From the NCBI GenBank assembly GCA_002455425.1, contig DKKT01000071.1, positions 214,835 to 278,834 on the forward strand: DNA of 64,000 nucleotides, in the 5' to 3' direction. The translations under genes and the position numbers were made by a program. A model generated the notes under the pieces. The model did not search any database. It worked only from the letters and a program-made list of their open reading frames with translations, and was not told the DNA's origin. Each line of letters begins with the position of its first letter. The first letter of the stretch is position 1. Origin of the DNA: Chthonomonas sp. UBA6659 (GTDB taxonomy: Bacteria; Armatimonadota; Fimbriimonadia; Fimbriimonadales; Fimbriimonadaceae). Below, piece after piece: positions 8,955-20,436 of this stretch.

Positions 8955-9311
8955 TCAGCGCCTGCGCCGGAATGGACCCTCGGCAACCACGTCGCCGTTC
9001 TCGTCGAGCAGCAGGGCGATCGAGGTCTGGTCAATGGCAGGTGCCCCCCGCGACCAGCGCTGCGTCACCCGGGCTCGGCCGAGTCCGTTCGTCACGACAT
9101 CCCAGACATTGTCCCCGATCTGCAGGGTGAACGACGCATTGCGAGGCAGTCGCTCGCCTTCGAACTGGAGTTCGGCCTGGGCGCCACGGGCCTTGAAGAC
9201 GGCTTTTGTCTTGCCCAGACCCACGAGGTCGGCTCGATACTCGGCGCGGGTCTGGCAGAGGCCGGCAACGGCCAGGATGAGCGTCAGGAACAGTGCGGTC
9301 AGCAGTTTCAT
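8955..9311 (-). CDS. small secreted hypothetical protein
   Basis: Internal start MKLLTALFLTLILAVAGLCQ gives a signal peptide. Divergent from the ECF sigma gene. Confidence 0.4.
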   Translation of the reverse strand: MKLLTALFLTLILAVAGLCQTRAEYRADLVGLGKTKAVFKARGAQAELQFEGERLPRNASFTLQIGDNVWDVVTNGLGRARVTQRWSRGAPAIDQTSIALLLDENGDVVAEGPFRRRR

Positions 9312-9399
9312 CGGTTGGTTACTCCTTGCACCACCCTCTGGGCGGTCGTGGCACGCAAGAGGCACCCGTTTCCGCCCGTGATACACTCACAGGAAGAAA

Positions 9400-10008
9400 A
9401 TGTGGAAGGACGCCGACGTCGAAATCGAACGACTCTTGACGCGGTGCCGCGCCGGCGATCGCGACGCTTGGACCAAGCTCGTCGAGCGACTCCAAAGCAC
9501 GGTTTTCGGCGTGACACGCCGACTCGGGCTGAGCGAAGCCGATGCCGCTGACGTCTTCCAGGCCACGTTCATCGCGCTGTACCGCAACCTCGACCGGATC
9601 GATCAAGCCCTGACGCTCCCCCGGTGGATCGCCGTAACCGCCACCCGCGAATGCTATCGGGTACGTCGAACCTACCCGGAAGCGACCGGCTCGGCCGACG
9701 AGCGAACCCTGGAGGACACGATCGCCGTCGAACAGCGCTCGGCCGAGGAGATCGCGATCGAGAGTGAGCGAGCATTGGTCCTTCGCGAAGGCCTCGAACA
9801 ACTCGGAGGTCGATGCCGCGTGCTTCTCACGCTGCTGTACGGAGAAGTCGAGACATCCTATATCGAGATCGGCGCAAAGCTCGGGATGCCGATCGGCGCG
9901 ATCGGCCCGACCCGCGCGCGGTGCCTTGAGAAGCTGCGGAAGATCCTCGAGAGGGAAGCCTACTTCCGCGAAGTCGACGTATCACCGGAGCGCGTCCGTA
10001 CCTCTTGA
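9400..10008 (+). CDS. ECF-type RNA polymerase sigma factor (sigma-70 family, regions 2 and 4)
   Basis: Region 2 motifs (DAADVFQATFIALYRNLDRID) and a region 4 HTH (YIEIGAKLGMPIGAIGPTRARCLEKLRK). Confidence 0.8.
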   Translation: MWKDADVEIERLLTRCRAGDRDAWTKLVERLQSTVFGVTRRLGLSEADAADVFQATFIALYRNLDRIDQALTLPRWIAVTATRECYRVRRTYPEATGSADERTLEDTIAVEQRSAEEIAIESERALVLREGLEQLGGRCRVLLTLLYGEVETSYIEIGAKLGMPIGAIGPTRARCLEKLRKILEREAYFREVDVSPERVRTS

Positions 10009-10553
10009 ACCCGACCATGCGACCCTGCCGACGATTCGAACAAGCGCTGATCGTCCTCGCCGAAGGCGGCGAGGCTCCTGAAGCTGCGGCTCACCTCGAT
10101 CAGTGCGAGGGGTGCACGCGGCGCCTCGCCGAGTATCGCCACCTGCTCGGCGAAGGCGGGATCGCGAGAGTGACGCAAAACGCCCCCGCCGAGTGGATCG
10201 CCCGAGCCGCCGCGATCTTCCCGGAAGCACGCCGAGCCGCCGTGCTTCGCCACTCCCTGAGCCAGGTCGGGGCCCGTCTCCGCGACACCGATACCCTCCA
10301 GATCGCCTACGAGGTCGATGGCGTGGTCCTTCGCGTTCAGTACGCACGCCTCGGCACCGGCTGGCAAATCACCGGCCGCGTCCCCGACCTCTCGTGGACC
10401 GTTCAGCACCGAGGCGCATCCGTGCCGCTCGATCCCGAAGGCGGCTTCCAGATCGACGTTCGTGAGACCGCCGACACCGGCTTCGATCTGGTGCTTCCCT
10501 CCGGGCGCGTTGCGATCCCCGGCGTCGCCGAGGCTCTCGGTGAGCCCGTCTAG
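10005..10553 (+). CDS. zinc-binding anti-sigma factor (ZAS-type), apparently cytoplasmic
   Basis: ATGA overlap with the sigma gene. H-x3-C-x2-C motif (HLDQCEGC). No hydrophobic membrane-spanning segment is visible. Confidence 0.6.
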   Translation: MNPTMRPCRRFEQALIVLAEGGEAPEAAAHLDQCEGCTRRLAEYRHLLGEGGIARVTQNAPAEWIARAAAIFPEARRAAVLRHSLSQVGARLRDTDTLQIAYEVDGVVLRVQYARLGTGWQITGRVPDLSWTVQHRGASVPLDPEGGFQIDVRETADTGFDLVLPSGRVAIPGVAEALGEPV

Positions 10554-10668
10554 CCTCGTCGCTGCCCTGGAGGTCTGCAGCGTTGCGTCGGGTCGCCGCC
10601 TTCTGCGACGTCACCGGGGAACGCCGGGCGTCTGTGCCGCCTACATCGATCGGGTCATCGCGATCTTC

Positions 10669-13131
10669 ATGAGCGATCCCGGCGACGTGGGTCGACTCGC
10701 CCGGCATTGGCGGGCGATCGTCGAGTACGGAGACGATCCCGCCCAGGGGTATCGGGCTCACGGCATCGCATGCCGGGCGCGCGGGCGCTGGTCCGCCGCC
10801 GCCGAGAGCTTCATCCATGCTGGACGTCTCGCCCGTGACCCGATCGCCCGGGCATCGCTGCCGATCGGGGCGATCGACAGCCTCGCTCGCGATGGCCGCA
10901 TCGAAGAGGGTGTCCTACTCGGTCGAAGGTTGGCTCGCCGGCTGCTCCGGCTCGGCCAATCCGATCTTGCCGGGCGCGCCCTTCTCAACGCCGGCAACGC
11001 GGTCCTGTGGGCCGACCGTTATCGGGAGGCGAAACAGCTCCTCGAGCGAGCGATCGAGCGGCTCGAAACACCGAGCCTCGCGGTCGGAGCCCGGCTCGGC
11101 CTTTCCACTTGCGAGTTGTACGGCGGCTCGACCGCGCGCTCTCTCGAACTGGCCGACCAGGCCCTCGCTGAGTTCGAGGCGCTCGACCAGGACTACTCGG
11201 CCGCCCTTTGCCGCCTGAATCGTGGGCAGGCTCATCTGCTCCTCGGTCGGCCGGATCAGGCCCTGTCCGACCTCCTCTCCGCTCGGGATCGACTGTCCGG
11301 ACCCGACTTGGCTCGCACGGAGGAGTTCCTCGGTGACACCTACCTTCGCCTTCAGCTTGCCCCTGAGGCGATCGATGCCTACGAGCGCGCTCTCGCTCTT
11401 GGCGCGACGCCCCTGAACACCGCCAACTGCCGGCTCGGGCTCGGCATGGCTCGCGATCTCAGCGGCCGCCCGAGAGAAGCGCGCACGGAGTTCGCCCGAG
11501 CCGAGCGGGCTTACCGAAAGGTGAACAATGCCGTTTGGGAGTCGGTCGCGGCGCTTGACGCGGCGCGCCTCGCCCACGACCGGTCGCGAGCGACGCGAGT
11601 AGCGGACCGCCTCAAATCGGTTGGAGGTCCATACCACCGGTGTTGGTCCTCGATCGTGGTCCTTGAGATGGCGGGGTCGAATCCACTTCCAGCAGAGATT
11701 GCCCGCGCTCTGCGCGACGTCCGTCGTGGTGGATTCATCGATCTCGAATGGCGGCTCTGGGCGCTTCGGGCTCGATCCGCGGCCCCACGCGAACGTTTGC
11801 GGCTCTACCGCCGAATGCTCGACAGCATCCTGGAAGCGCGTCTCTTGATTCGGTCGCACCTGGCCCGCACGCAATACCTCGTCGACAAGAGCGAGGCGGT
11901 CCGAGAGTACCTGAGTCTCCTTCTCGCTCGTGGCCGAGCTCCCGACGTCCGCGAAGCGCTTGAGGCAGTGACGGCGCTCCGCTCGGCGGCTCTGGTGGAT
12001 GAAGTGCTCTCCGCTCGACCCGGAGCCCTCAGCGCCGAGAGTCGCGCCCAACTGGAAGTTCTTCGGAGCGAACTGTCCGTGTCGGGCGAGTCGAGTGGAG
12101 GAAGTCGGCGGGCCCGGGTGGGCCGCCCTTCGGTCAGCCTACGACGAGCGTGGCGGGAGATATGTCACCACACGGTGAACAGGCTTTCGAGTCCTTTCGG
12201 TCCCGCGACGCCGGCCACCGTCTTCGTGCTCGGAGATCGAGCATACCGACTTGGTCAGGGACGCTCAACGCCCCTTGGGCTGGGTCCGGCGGACCTCCGA
12301 CGCGAACTCCGGATGATCGAGTACGATCTCCTTGAGCCCACGATCTGCCCCGATGGCGACCCCGCTGCGGTGCTTTGCCGGATCGAGCGACTGGCCGAAC
12401 GTCTCTTCGAGAGCGGAATGGGGTTCATCGGACCGATCTGCCCGGATGGTGAGTTGTGGCAGGTGCCTTGGCAAGCCGTCATCTCCGCGCTCGATCCGGC
12501 GCGCTCGGCGTTGCTGGTGCCGACTCCTCGCTTCGGGGGCACCGCCATCGATCTCCGGTTGCCGCGCCGCCCGGCCGTCACGATTTGGGCCGGACAAGCC
12601 GGTGACATTCCCCACGTCCGTGCCGAGGTGAGGGCCGTGCTCGCCGCCTTCCCGGAGGCGCGGGTCTGCACGACCGCCGCCGAAGTGCTCGAGTCGCTTG
12701 AAGGGGGCAGGATCGATCTTCTTCATGCCGCCACCCACGGACGGCTCGACGCCTCGAACCCGATGTTCTCTTCGCTCGAGCTCGGCGGCCAGAGGTTGTT
12801 CGCGGCCGATCTCGCACGAGCCCGCGTCCGACCCAAGCTCGTCTTCCTTTCCGCCTGCGAGACGGCGCGGCTAACGGCACTCAACCGGGACGAACCGGAC
12901 GGCCTCGCCCGAGCGTTCCTCGCTCTTGGTGCAGAGGCGGTCGTCGGCAGCCAATGGCCGCTCGACGATGCGATCGCCTCGATCTTCACTGGCCACGCGA
13001 TCGAGGCGCTTGCCGGAGGCGCGACCCTCGGCGAGGCGATGAGGTCGGGACGAAACAAGGCGAGGTCCTTGCGCAGTCACCCCTATTTTTGGGCCTCGAT
13101 GGTATCAATCGGCGGATTCTCGGGTACTTAG
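10669..13131 (+). CDS. TPR-repeat / CHAT-domain protein (caspase-like peptidase domain)
   Basis: C-terminal CHAT signature with a His…Cys dyad (LLHAATHG … VFLSACETA), preceded by long TPR-like helical repeats. First ATG after the anti-sigma stop is at 10669; an in-frame GTG at 10540 is an alternative. The track ORF start at 10318 overlaps the anti-sigma gene and is rejected. Confidence 0.65.
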   Translation: MSDPGDVGRLARHWRAIVEYGDDPAQGYRAHGIACRARGRWSAAAESFIHAGRLARDPIARASLPIGAIDSLARDGRIEEGVLLGRRLARRLLRLGQSDLAGRALLNAGNAVLWADRYREAKQLLERAIERLETPSLAVGARLGLSTCELYGGSTARSLELADQALAEFEALDQDYSAALCRLNRGQAHLLLGRPDQALSDLLSARDRLSGPDLARTEEFLGDTYLRLQLAPEAIDAYERALALGATPLNTANCRLGLGMARDLSGRPREARTEFARAERAYRKVNNAVWESVAALDAARLAHDRSRATRVADRLKSVGGPYHRCWSSIVVLEMAGSNPLPAEIARALRDVRRGGFIDLEWRLWALRARSAAPRERLRLYRRMLDSILEARLLIRSHLARTQYLVDKSEAVREYLSLLLARGRAPDVREALEAVTALRSAALVDEVLSARPGALSAESRAQLEVLRSELSVSGESSGGSRRARVGRPSVSLRRAWREICHHTVNRLSSPFGPATPATVFVLGDRAYRLGQGRSTPLGLGPADLRRELRMIEYDLLEPTICPDGDPAAVLCRIERLAERLFESGMGFIGPICPDGELWQVPWQAVISALDPARSALLVPTPRFGGTAIDLRLPRRPAVTIWAGQAGDIPHVRAEVRAVLAAFPEARVCTTAAEVLESLEGGRIDLLHAATHGRLDASNPMFSSLELGGQRLFAADLARARVRPKLVFLSACETARLTALNRDEPDGLARAFLALGAEAVVGSQWPLDDAIASIFTGHAIEALAGGATLGEAMRSGRNKARSLRSHPYFWASMVSIGGFSGT

Positions 13132-13134
13132 AGA

Positions 13135-14334
13135 GTGATGAAGGGATTGCGTTTCGTTTCCGTCTTCGTCTTGGCGGGATGGGCCGGGGTCGCGCAGGCG
13201 GCGTTGCTGATCGCTCAGCTGAACACGAACACCGCCGCGGGAGCGGTGGCGACTCGATATGGCATCCAACTCCTTGATGTCACGCCGGGCGCGCCGTTCG
13301 CACGCTTCAACGTGCCGGCCGGGCTGAACGCGGACACGATCCAGGTTCGGATGGTGAGCGAGGGCCGTGCCATCTGGTGCGAGGATGACGCCCAGGTCAT
13401 CATGCCCGAACACTCCGGTGCGGGCAAAGGATCGACGATCTCCGCGGTCGGAGATCGGTCCACGCTTCAAGGGCTCAACAGCACCTTTCTGCGCCAAATC
13501 CAGTGGTCGTCGAGCCTTGCCGCAACCTCCGGACGCCGGGTGAAGCTCGCGATTCTCGATACCGGAATCAGCCCGCAGCAACCCGCCTTGTGGGCCAAGG
13601 TCTCGGCGAGCATGAACGCGATCGAGGGCGGTCAGCCTCCCCATGATGTCGCGCGTGGGCGTGACACGAGTGGCAATGGGCGGCCGGATGAAGCCGTTGG
13701 TCACGGAACCATGGTCGCGGGCCTCGTCGACCAAGTCGGGCCGCAGGTCCAACTCGTGATCGCTCGAGTCGCCGACAGCGATGGCGTCGCGACCGCGTGG
13801 ACGATCATCGAAGGCTTGGCGTTCGCGGTGAATCAAGGCGCGGAAGTTGCCAACGTGAGTCTGGGCGCGATCCAGCGCATCCCCGCCCTGTCCGATGTCC
13901 TCGATTGGACGGAGCAAAGAGGTCTCCTCGTCGTGGCGGCGATCGGAAACAACGGTCAGCGGCGCTCGCTCTCACCGGCGACGATTTCGAAAGTCGTGTC
14001 GGTGGCCGGCGTTCAATCCGGCGACGCGAAGGCGTCGTTCAGCAACTGGGAAGGGAAGACGCTCGCGTGCGCGCCCGCCTCGGGCCTCAAGAGCTTCTGG
14101 TGGGATGGCACCCTCGGAGTCTGGTCGGGTACCTCGTTCGCGGCTCCCCTCGTTTCGGGAGCGATCGCGGACTGTCTGAGGCGGCGGACGACACGACTCA
14201 CGCCCGACGCGATCCGGAAGCTGTTACGAAATGCGGGCGACGACGTGAACGCTCAGAACCGCAGCTATCGAGATCAGTTGGGCAGGCGGTTGAATATCGC
14301 CAAACTGGATGACGCCATCCGCCGCGGGCGGTAA
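13135..14334 (+). CDS. S8 family (subtilisin-like) serine peptidase with signal peptide
   Basis: Catalytic triad contexts DTGIS (Asp), HGTMVAG (His) and GTSFAAPLVSG (Ser). Confidence 0.8.
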   Translation: MMKGLRFVSVFVLAGWAGVAQAALLIAQLNTNTAAGAVATRYGIQLLDVTPGAPFARFNVPAGLNADTIQVRMVSEGRAIWCEDDAQVIMPEHSGAGKGSTISAVGDRSTLQGLNSTFLRQIQWSSSLAATSGRRVKLAILDTGISPQQPALWAKVSASMNAIEGGQPPHDVARGRDTSGNGRPDEAVGHGTMVAGLVDQVGPQVQLVIARVADSDGVATAWTIIEGLAFAVNQGAEVANVSLGAIQRIPALSDVLDWTEQRGLLVVAAIGNNGQRRSLSPATISKVVSVAGVQSGDAKASFSNWEGKTLACAPASGLKSFWWDGTLGVWSGTSFAAPLVSGAIADCLRRRTTRLTPDAIRKLLRNAGDDVNAQNRSYRDQLGRRLNIAKLDDAIRRGR

Positions 14335-14386
14335 CGGCGGTGATGGTCGAGCCCGCGGTGGTGCCGCGGGCTCGGAGAGGCACGCC

Positions 14387-15673
14387 CTACCCCTGAGCGA
14401 TCTCCCTCGCACGGGCGTCGTGCAGGTACGGATTCATCGCGAGTGCCTCGGCTGCCAACGACCTCGCCGCTTTGCGGTCTCCGAGCGCATGACGGATCTG
14501 CGCGGCCCGTGACATCAACACGGCATCGCGCGTTCCGTGTCGGAGGGCCCGCTTCATCGCCCGATCCGCTTCCTCAAACCGCCCGGCCTTGAAGTAGGCC
14601 CAAGCCAGCGTCGAGTAAGCCTGAACGCTGGTATGGTCGGAGACCTCGGACTCGACGAGGGCGAGCGCCTGGTCGATGTGGAGATCGTGATCGAGCCAGA
14701 AGGACGCGAGATTCAGTTCGTCACCATAGACGCCGAAGGAGCGGTGCGATGCGATCAGAGTCGGAATCCTCGCGTGGGTCGCCGTCGCCTTCGCTTCGTC
14801 GCCAATTTCGCGATACAGGTCCCCGAGTTCGGCCAGGTACGGGATCTGGGTCATACCGTCGGTCGCGATCTCGAGGTGATCGATGGCCTTCGCAAGCGAG
14901 CCCTCCGACCGGAGGAGCCGCGCCACCCCCGCATGGGCGGGTTTGCTCATCGGTGTCGCCTCGAGCGCGAGTTCGTACTGCTCCCGAGCGAGCTTCAGGT
15001 TGCCGGTCTTGAGCGCCATGTCTGCCAACTGAACGCGGCACCACGCCACGTGCTCCTCGAATCCTGCACCGGCCTGGATCGCGCGTGCCATCATCTCCAT
15101 CGCGCCGACCGGATCGCCGTAAACCCACCGGAGATGGGCGGCACGGCTGTATGCGGCCAGCGAGGGCTTCGCGTCGAGCATCTTCTGGGTGGCGTCAAGT
15201 GCCTTCTCGTACTGGCCTAGCTCCGTGTACGCATCGCTCAGCACGCCCCACGCCTCATCGTCGTAAGGACTCGCCGCGACCGCCCTCCGTGCGTGTCGGA
15301 TCGCCGATCCGAACTGATGGAAGATCGTCAGAGCGTAGGCGAGCCGGTGCTGCGCAACCGGTTCTTCCGGATGCAGCGCGACCGCCTTTTCGAACGCTTT
15401 GCGTCCGTCGACGTACCATTGGAGGTCGCCCGTTTCGCGGCCCTTCTGCATGGCGACGCTTCCAAACTCGAGCAACGCGGCGAGGTCGTTCGGCTGCTTC
15501 GACAACATCCTCCGCGCCTTTTCCACCCGCGAGTCGATCTTGGACGCGGTCCGAAGGGCGGCCGGGCGGTGCGCGGAGGATCGGGTTGCTCCGCATCCGG
15601 AGAGAAGGACCGCGATCGTGATCGCGGCCAGAGACGTGATGGCGAAGAGCTTCATGGTGTGAATCGGTTTCAT
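14387..15673 (-). CDS. TPR-repeat lipoprotein
   Basis: Signal/lipobox LLSGCGA followed by multiple TPR-like helical repeats. Confidence 0.6.
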   Translation of the reverse strand: MKPIHTMKLFAITSLAAITIAVLLSGCGATRSSAHRPAALRTASKIDSRVEKARRMLSKQPNDLAALLEFGSVAMQKGRETGDLQWYVDGRKAFEKAVALHPEEPVAQHRLAYALTIFHQFGSAIRHARRAVAASPYDDEAWGVLSDAYTELGQYEKALDATQKMLDAKPSLAAYSRAAHLRWVYGDPVGAMEMMARAIQAGAGFEEHVAWCRVQLADMALKTGNLKLAREQYELALEATPMSKPAHAGVARLLRSEGSLAKAIDHLEIATDGMTQIPYLAELGDLYREIGDEAKATATHARIPTLIASHRSFGVYGDELNLASFWLDHDLHIDQALALVESEVSDHTSVQAYSTLAWAYFKAGRFEEADRAMKRALRHGTRDAVLMSRAAQIRHALGDRKAARSLAAEALAMNPYLHDARAREIAQG

Positions 15674-15691
15674 AGATAGTTCTCCAAAAGG

Positions 15692-16591
15692 TTAGCGAGG
15701 TGGCTGCGAGAGAGGGTATCGAATCCGATGGTCGGGGAACTGGTCGGTGCGGGCCTGGCTCCATCGCATCCAGCGCACATGGCCGTCGGCGTAGACGTAG
15801 TTCGCGCCTCCGTTGTGGCGGTCGTAGGCGATCCACCCCTGGTCGGGGCGACTCCCGGCTCCCCATCGGACCATGGCGGCTTCTCCGGCCCATGTGTCGT
15901 AGTCGTCCTGGGGAACGTAGTGGAACGAGCTCCCGCCATCGAGGAATCCGGCTGAATTTCGCTCCGAAAACATGATCACGTTGGGGTCTTCGAGACCCGA
16001 AAGCACGGACTCACTGGCAAACGTGGGCAGAACACCTTCCAGCGCGTACCGGCAGCTCTTGTGAGAGAAGATCGAGTTGAGCAAGTAGCTCCACATGCTC
16101 AACTGCTTCTGGTGCGCCATGCATTGTTCGCTTCGGGGAGCAACCGAGCATTCCGTGCCGATCTCTTCGATCCCTCCGTTGAACGCGTCGATGTCTCGGG
16201 CGAGGTGGGTGCTGCGCGGTGCTCGGTCACTCGGGCAGAAGAGCAGTTCCCGGCTCTTCAGGTAAGGCTGAAAGAAAATGGCCCAGGGCTTCTCGGCCTG
16301 GCTATTGCCAAAGCCGCCACCTTCACAGTCCGCGGCATCGGTCGGCAATTCGGTGACGAGTGTGCCGTCGTCGAGAACCCAGTCGTCGTGGTGGTGGAAG
16401 AGGGAGCCCTCGTTGTCCGTCATGTACATCTGGGCGGCTTGGCCGAGCTGGCGCATGTTCTGAAGGCAGGTCGACTTCCGGGCGGCTTCGCGGGCTTGAG
16501 CGAAGGCGGGGAAGAGGATGGCGGCGAGGATCGAGAGGATTGCGATGACGACGAGAAGTTCGATGAGGGTGAACGCGGTTCTGGTTTTCAT
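15692..16591 (-). CDS. prepilin-type N-terminal cleavage/methylation domain protein, DUF1559-like (second copy)
   Basis: [50 protein letters not shown] – same architecture as 6006..6887. Confidence 0.8.
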   Translation of the reverse strand: MKTRTAFTLIELLVVIAILSILAAILFPAFAQAREAARKSTCLQNMRQLGQAAQMYMTDNEGSLFHHHDDWVLDDGTLVTELPTDAADCEGGGFGNSQAEKPWAIFFQPYLKSRELLFCPSDRAPRSTHLARDIDAFNGGIEEIGTECSVAPRSEQCMAHQKQLSMWSYLLNSIFSHKSCRYALEGVLPTFASESVLSGLEDPNVIMFSERNSAGFLDGGSSFHYVPQDDYDTWAGEAAMVRWGAGSRPDQGWIAYDRHNGGANYVYADGHVRWMRWSQARTDQFPDHRIRYPLSQPPR

Positions 16592-16647
16592 GGGCTTGGG
16601 GGTGACGGTGCTCCCCGCCGAAGCGGGGAGCCGATGGTCGTCGAAGA

Positions 16648-18063
16648 CTAGTGAAGGGTGCCGGTCGGGCCGCCATGCGGCGCCGAGAGGTACGGGAAGA
16701 CCTGGTTGTAGGCCATGTCGTTGGTGTCGACGAAGTCGCCGAGGGAAGTGATCGTCGAATACTGCGGGCCGCTTGCGATCGCGGTCAGGGCGATGTCGAC
16801 CACGTCGTCACCGGGGCGGCGACCGTTCGGCCAGCCAGACGGAATCGCCTTGCTTTGGAACGGGCTCTGGATCGTGTCGCCGCCGAGGAAGCTCAAACGG
16901 TGGAACGCACTCTGACCCGCCACCGGAACCCCGGCCGTCGAGCAGTCGACTCGAAGGAGATCGGGAATGAAGATATCGACGAGGTCGTTGCGGTTTTGGA
17001 CTTGGAACGGGGTTCCGAAGACCGTGTTGAGGAGGAAAGCCAGTTCGCAGTTCTGCGCGTACTTCTTGAAGAGAAGGGGGTCTCGGCTCGGAGTTTCCCG
17101 ATTGTAGAGGTCCTTGTCTCTGAGGGCGACAAGGGTCTCGTTGAACAAGGGGTTACCCATCCGTCCGACCTGAATCCAGGGTCCCTGGATGTTGTCGCCA
17201 TCGGTCGCGAGCACCGTCGTCTTGCGTCGCGAGGTCGTCGCCCACGCACCGACCATCGGAACCTCGTTCGCACCTACGACACGTCCGAGCGGAATCTGCA
17301 AGGTGATCGAGTGGACGTTGAACCCGCTGAAGCCATCCTTGCCCGGATTGCGGACACCGAGGAGGTCGAAAATCCCGGGGACGTCGGCATAGAACGGATC
17401 GTCGCGCTGCCCGGCGAAGACGCGTGTCCCATCCCGGAGGGTGTAGATCGTTTGTCGCGTGTAGTCGTCGAGATCGTTGGACATCGTCGCACCGTTCTTC
17501 ACTCGACCCGTGTTGTCGTAGTAGGCAGGTGTCGTGCGGGGGCCGACGTTGACCGGCGGCACCGCCATCGAGGAGCGATTCAGGATCTCGGTTCGTCCTC
17601 CGGTGACCCGCTCGACGACGTACGTCTGAGTGAGGTTCTGCCGGGCATCCCCGACGTTCAGGATCGGGCCGGCCTCAGTCCCCAGGCCGTATGAAAGGAT
17701 CGTGCCCTTGTTCTTGTAGCGGGTCGTGAAGCGGAAGTTGTACGTGATGTCGTTGCGGCCATTCCAGATCAGGGCTCCATCACGACCGCGAAGCGCCTTG
17801 TTGATGTGGAAGCTGTACTGGACGTCATCCGCAAAACGGTAGTAATTGACGCCGTTGCCCGGATCCTCAAGCGGGATCACGTTCATCATCAGATTCAGGT
17901 AACTCTGGTTTCCAGACTTCGAGATGAACGCGTACACGTCGGAGATGTTCGCGCTCGGATCGGTCATGATGAGGGGCGCGTCGTTGTGGCTCGCCGCGTT
18001 CGCGGCGAGCGTGGCCGCGCCGAGGGCAAGGCCAAGAGTGAGGGTCTTCAGGGTTCGATTCAT
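16648..18063 (-). CDS. DUF4331-like secreted protein
   Basis: After the signal peptide, …[23 protein letters not shown] matches the N-terminal SSHREAPxI…D.TDvYaF signature of DUF4331. Start at 18063 (RBS ggagg) preferred over 18096. Confidence 0.55.
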   Translation of the reverse strand: MNRTLKTLTLGLALGAATLAANAASHNDAPLIMTDPSANISDVYAFISKSGNQSYLNLMMNVIPLEDPGNGVNYYRFADDVQYSFHINKALRGRDGALIWNGRNDITYNFRFTTRYKNKGTILSYGLGTEAGPILNVGDARQNLTQTYVVERVTGGRTEILNRSSMAVPPVNVGPRTTPAYYDNTGRVKNGATMSNDLDDYTRQTIYTLRDGTRVFAGQRDDPFYADVPGIFDLLGVRNPGKDGFSGFNVHSITLQIPLGRVVGANEVPMVGAWATTSRRKTTVLATDGDNIQGPWIQVGRMGNPLFNETLVALRDKDLYNRETPSRDPLLFKKYAQNCELAFLLNTVFGTPFQVQNRNDLVDIFIPDLLRVDCSTAGVPVAGQSAFHRLSFLGGDTIQSPFQSKAIPSGWPNGRRPGDDVVDIALTAIASGPQYSTITSLGDFVDTNDMAYNQVFPYLSAPHGGPTGTLH

Positions 18064-18224
18064 GATTCCTCCAAGAGCTGGTTCAAGCTCGTTCACCCCT
18101 GAACAAGGGAGACGGGTATGACCAAACCCTCACGCGAATCTGAATGGGGAGTGAACATCGCGGAGAGAGAATCCTGGGACGGCCTGTGCGGCCTGAGTAC
18201 AATGGTCGAAACGCCTCGAATCCT

Positions 18225-18512
18225 ATGAGCCAGACAACACTGCAACCCGAACTTCTCGATCGCGATACCAAGGCCGGTCGATGGATGGTCGTCATCCACA
18301 ACAACGAATCGAACTCCTTCGAACAGGTGATCGATGTGCTCATTCGCGCCACGGGCTGCGACGTTCAGGAGGCCTACATCGAGACTTGGGAAGCCCACAC
18401 CTACGGAAAAGCACCGGTTCACTTCGCCGGGCGAGAGGAGTGCGATGCGGCCGCGACCCTGATCGGGTCGATCGGGGTGAAAACGGAAGTGCGCCCTGAG
18501 TGGAACGACTAA
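18225..18512 (+). CDS. clpS: ATP-dependent Clp protease adaptor ClpS (paralogue 1)
   Basis: 95 aa. ClpS core (VVIHNNESNSFEQVIDVLIRATGCDVQEAYIETWEAHTYGKA). Confidence 0.75.
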   Translation: MSQTTLQPELLDRDTKAGRWMVVIHNNESNSFEQVIDVLIRATGCDVQEAYIETWEAHTYGKAPVHFAGREECDAAATLIGSIGVKTEVRPEWND

Positions 18513-18802
18513 CGGTTCCGTTCACTGCGACCACTGTCGCCCCCGAGATCGCGGACAGCGATACGAGCACCGGGGGTGGCTGGATCGTGACCGTCTTCGA
18601 TAACGACTACAACACGATCGAGGAGGTCATCCAGATCCTCATGTTCGCCACGAAGTGCGACCTCGAGGAGGCGCAAATCGAAACCTGGGAAATCCACCAT
18701 CTTGGTCGGTCGGTGGTTCACCACGGCGCCGCCGAAGAGTGCCGGACCATCGCCACGACCATTGCGACGATCGGCATCCGGGTCGAGATCAGCCAAGAGT
18801 AG
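18500..18802 (+). CDS. ClpS-like adaptor (paralogue 2), GTG start overlapping clpS1 by 13 nt
   Basis: 100 aa. Same fold signature (VTVFDNDYNTIEEVIQILMFATKCDLEEAQIETWEIHHLGRS). Confidence 0.65.
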   Translation: MERLTVPFTATTVAPEIADSDTSTGGGWIVTVFDNDYNTIEEVIQILMFATKCDLEEAQIETWEIHHLGRSVVHHGAAEECRTIATTIATIGIRVEISQE

Positions 18803-19113
18803 TCAGTCGAGCCGGAAGATTTCGATCAGGCGCTCCGGTGATCGCCCTGGCTCGACCGGGGTCTCCAGGTAATCGGCCATGAACGCCTCCCACTGCGCCA
18901 CCGCCTTGCTCGCGGCAAGGTCGCGCTGGACCGCCTCCCAGTCGTCGCACTCAAGGAACCCGAACTCGTGCCCGTCACGCCAAGCAAAGATCGAGTAGTT
19001 TCGAATCCCGGCCGCCTTGAGGGCAGCGAGGACCTCGGGCCAAACCGCCTCATGGTGCCGTCGATACTCGTCCCAACGATCCGGTCGGACCTTCAGGTGG
19101 AAGCAGACGCGCA

Positions 19114-19114
<1 letters not shown>
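18803..19114 (-). CDS. rhaM: L-rhamnose mutarotase (RhaM/YiiL family)
   Basis: 103 aa. Pattern F.L.V.PD..DEYRRHH..VWPE…LK..G..NYSIF…QWEAFM matches YiiL. Confidence 0.65.

Positions 19115-20436
<1,322 letters not shown>

Noticed and set aside
10318-10668. N-terminal 117 codons of the track ORF for the TPR-CHAT protein
   Set aside because: Overlaps the ATGA-coupled anti-sigma gene in another frame. The first plausible starts are GTG 10540 or ATG 10669.
10915-12051. 378-aa minus-strand ORF inside the TPR-CHAT gene
   Set aside because: Antisense to a coding region with a clear domain signature. No start context.
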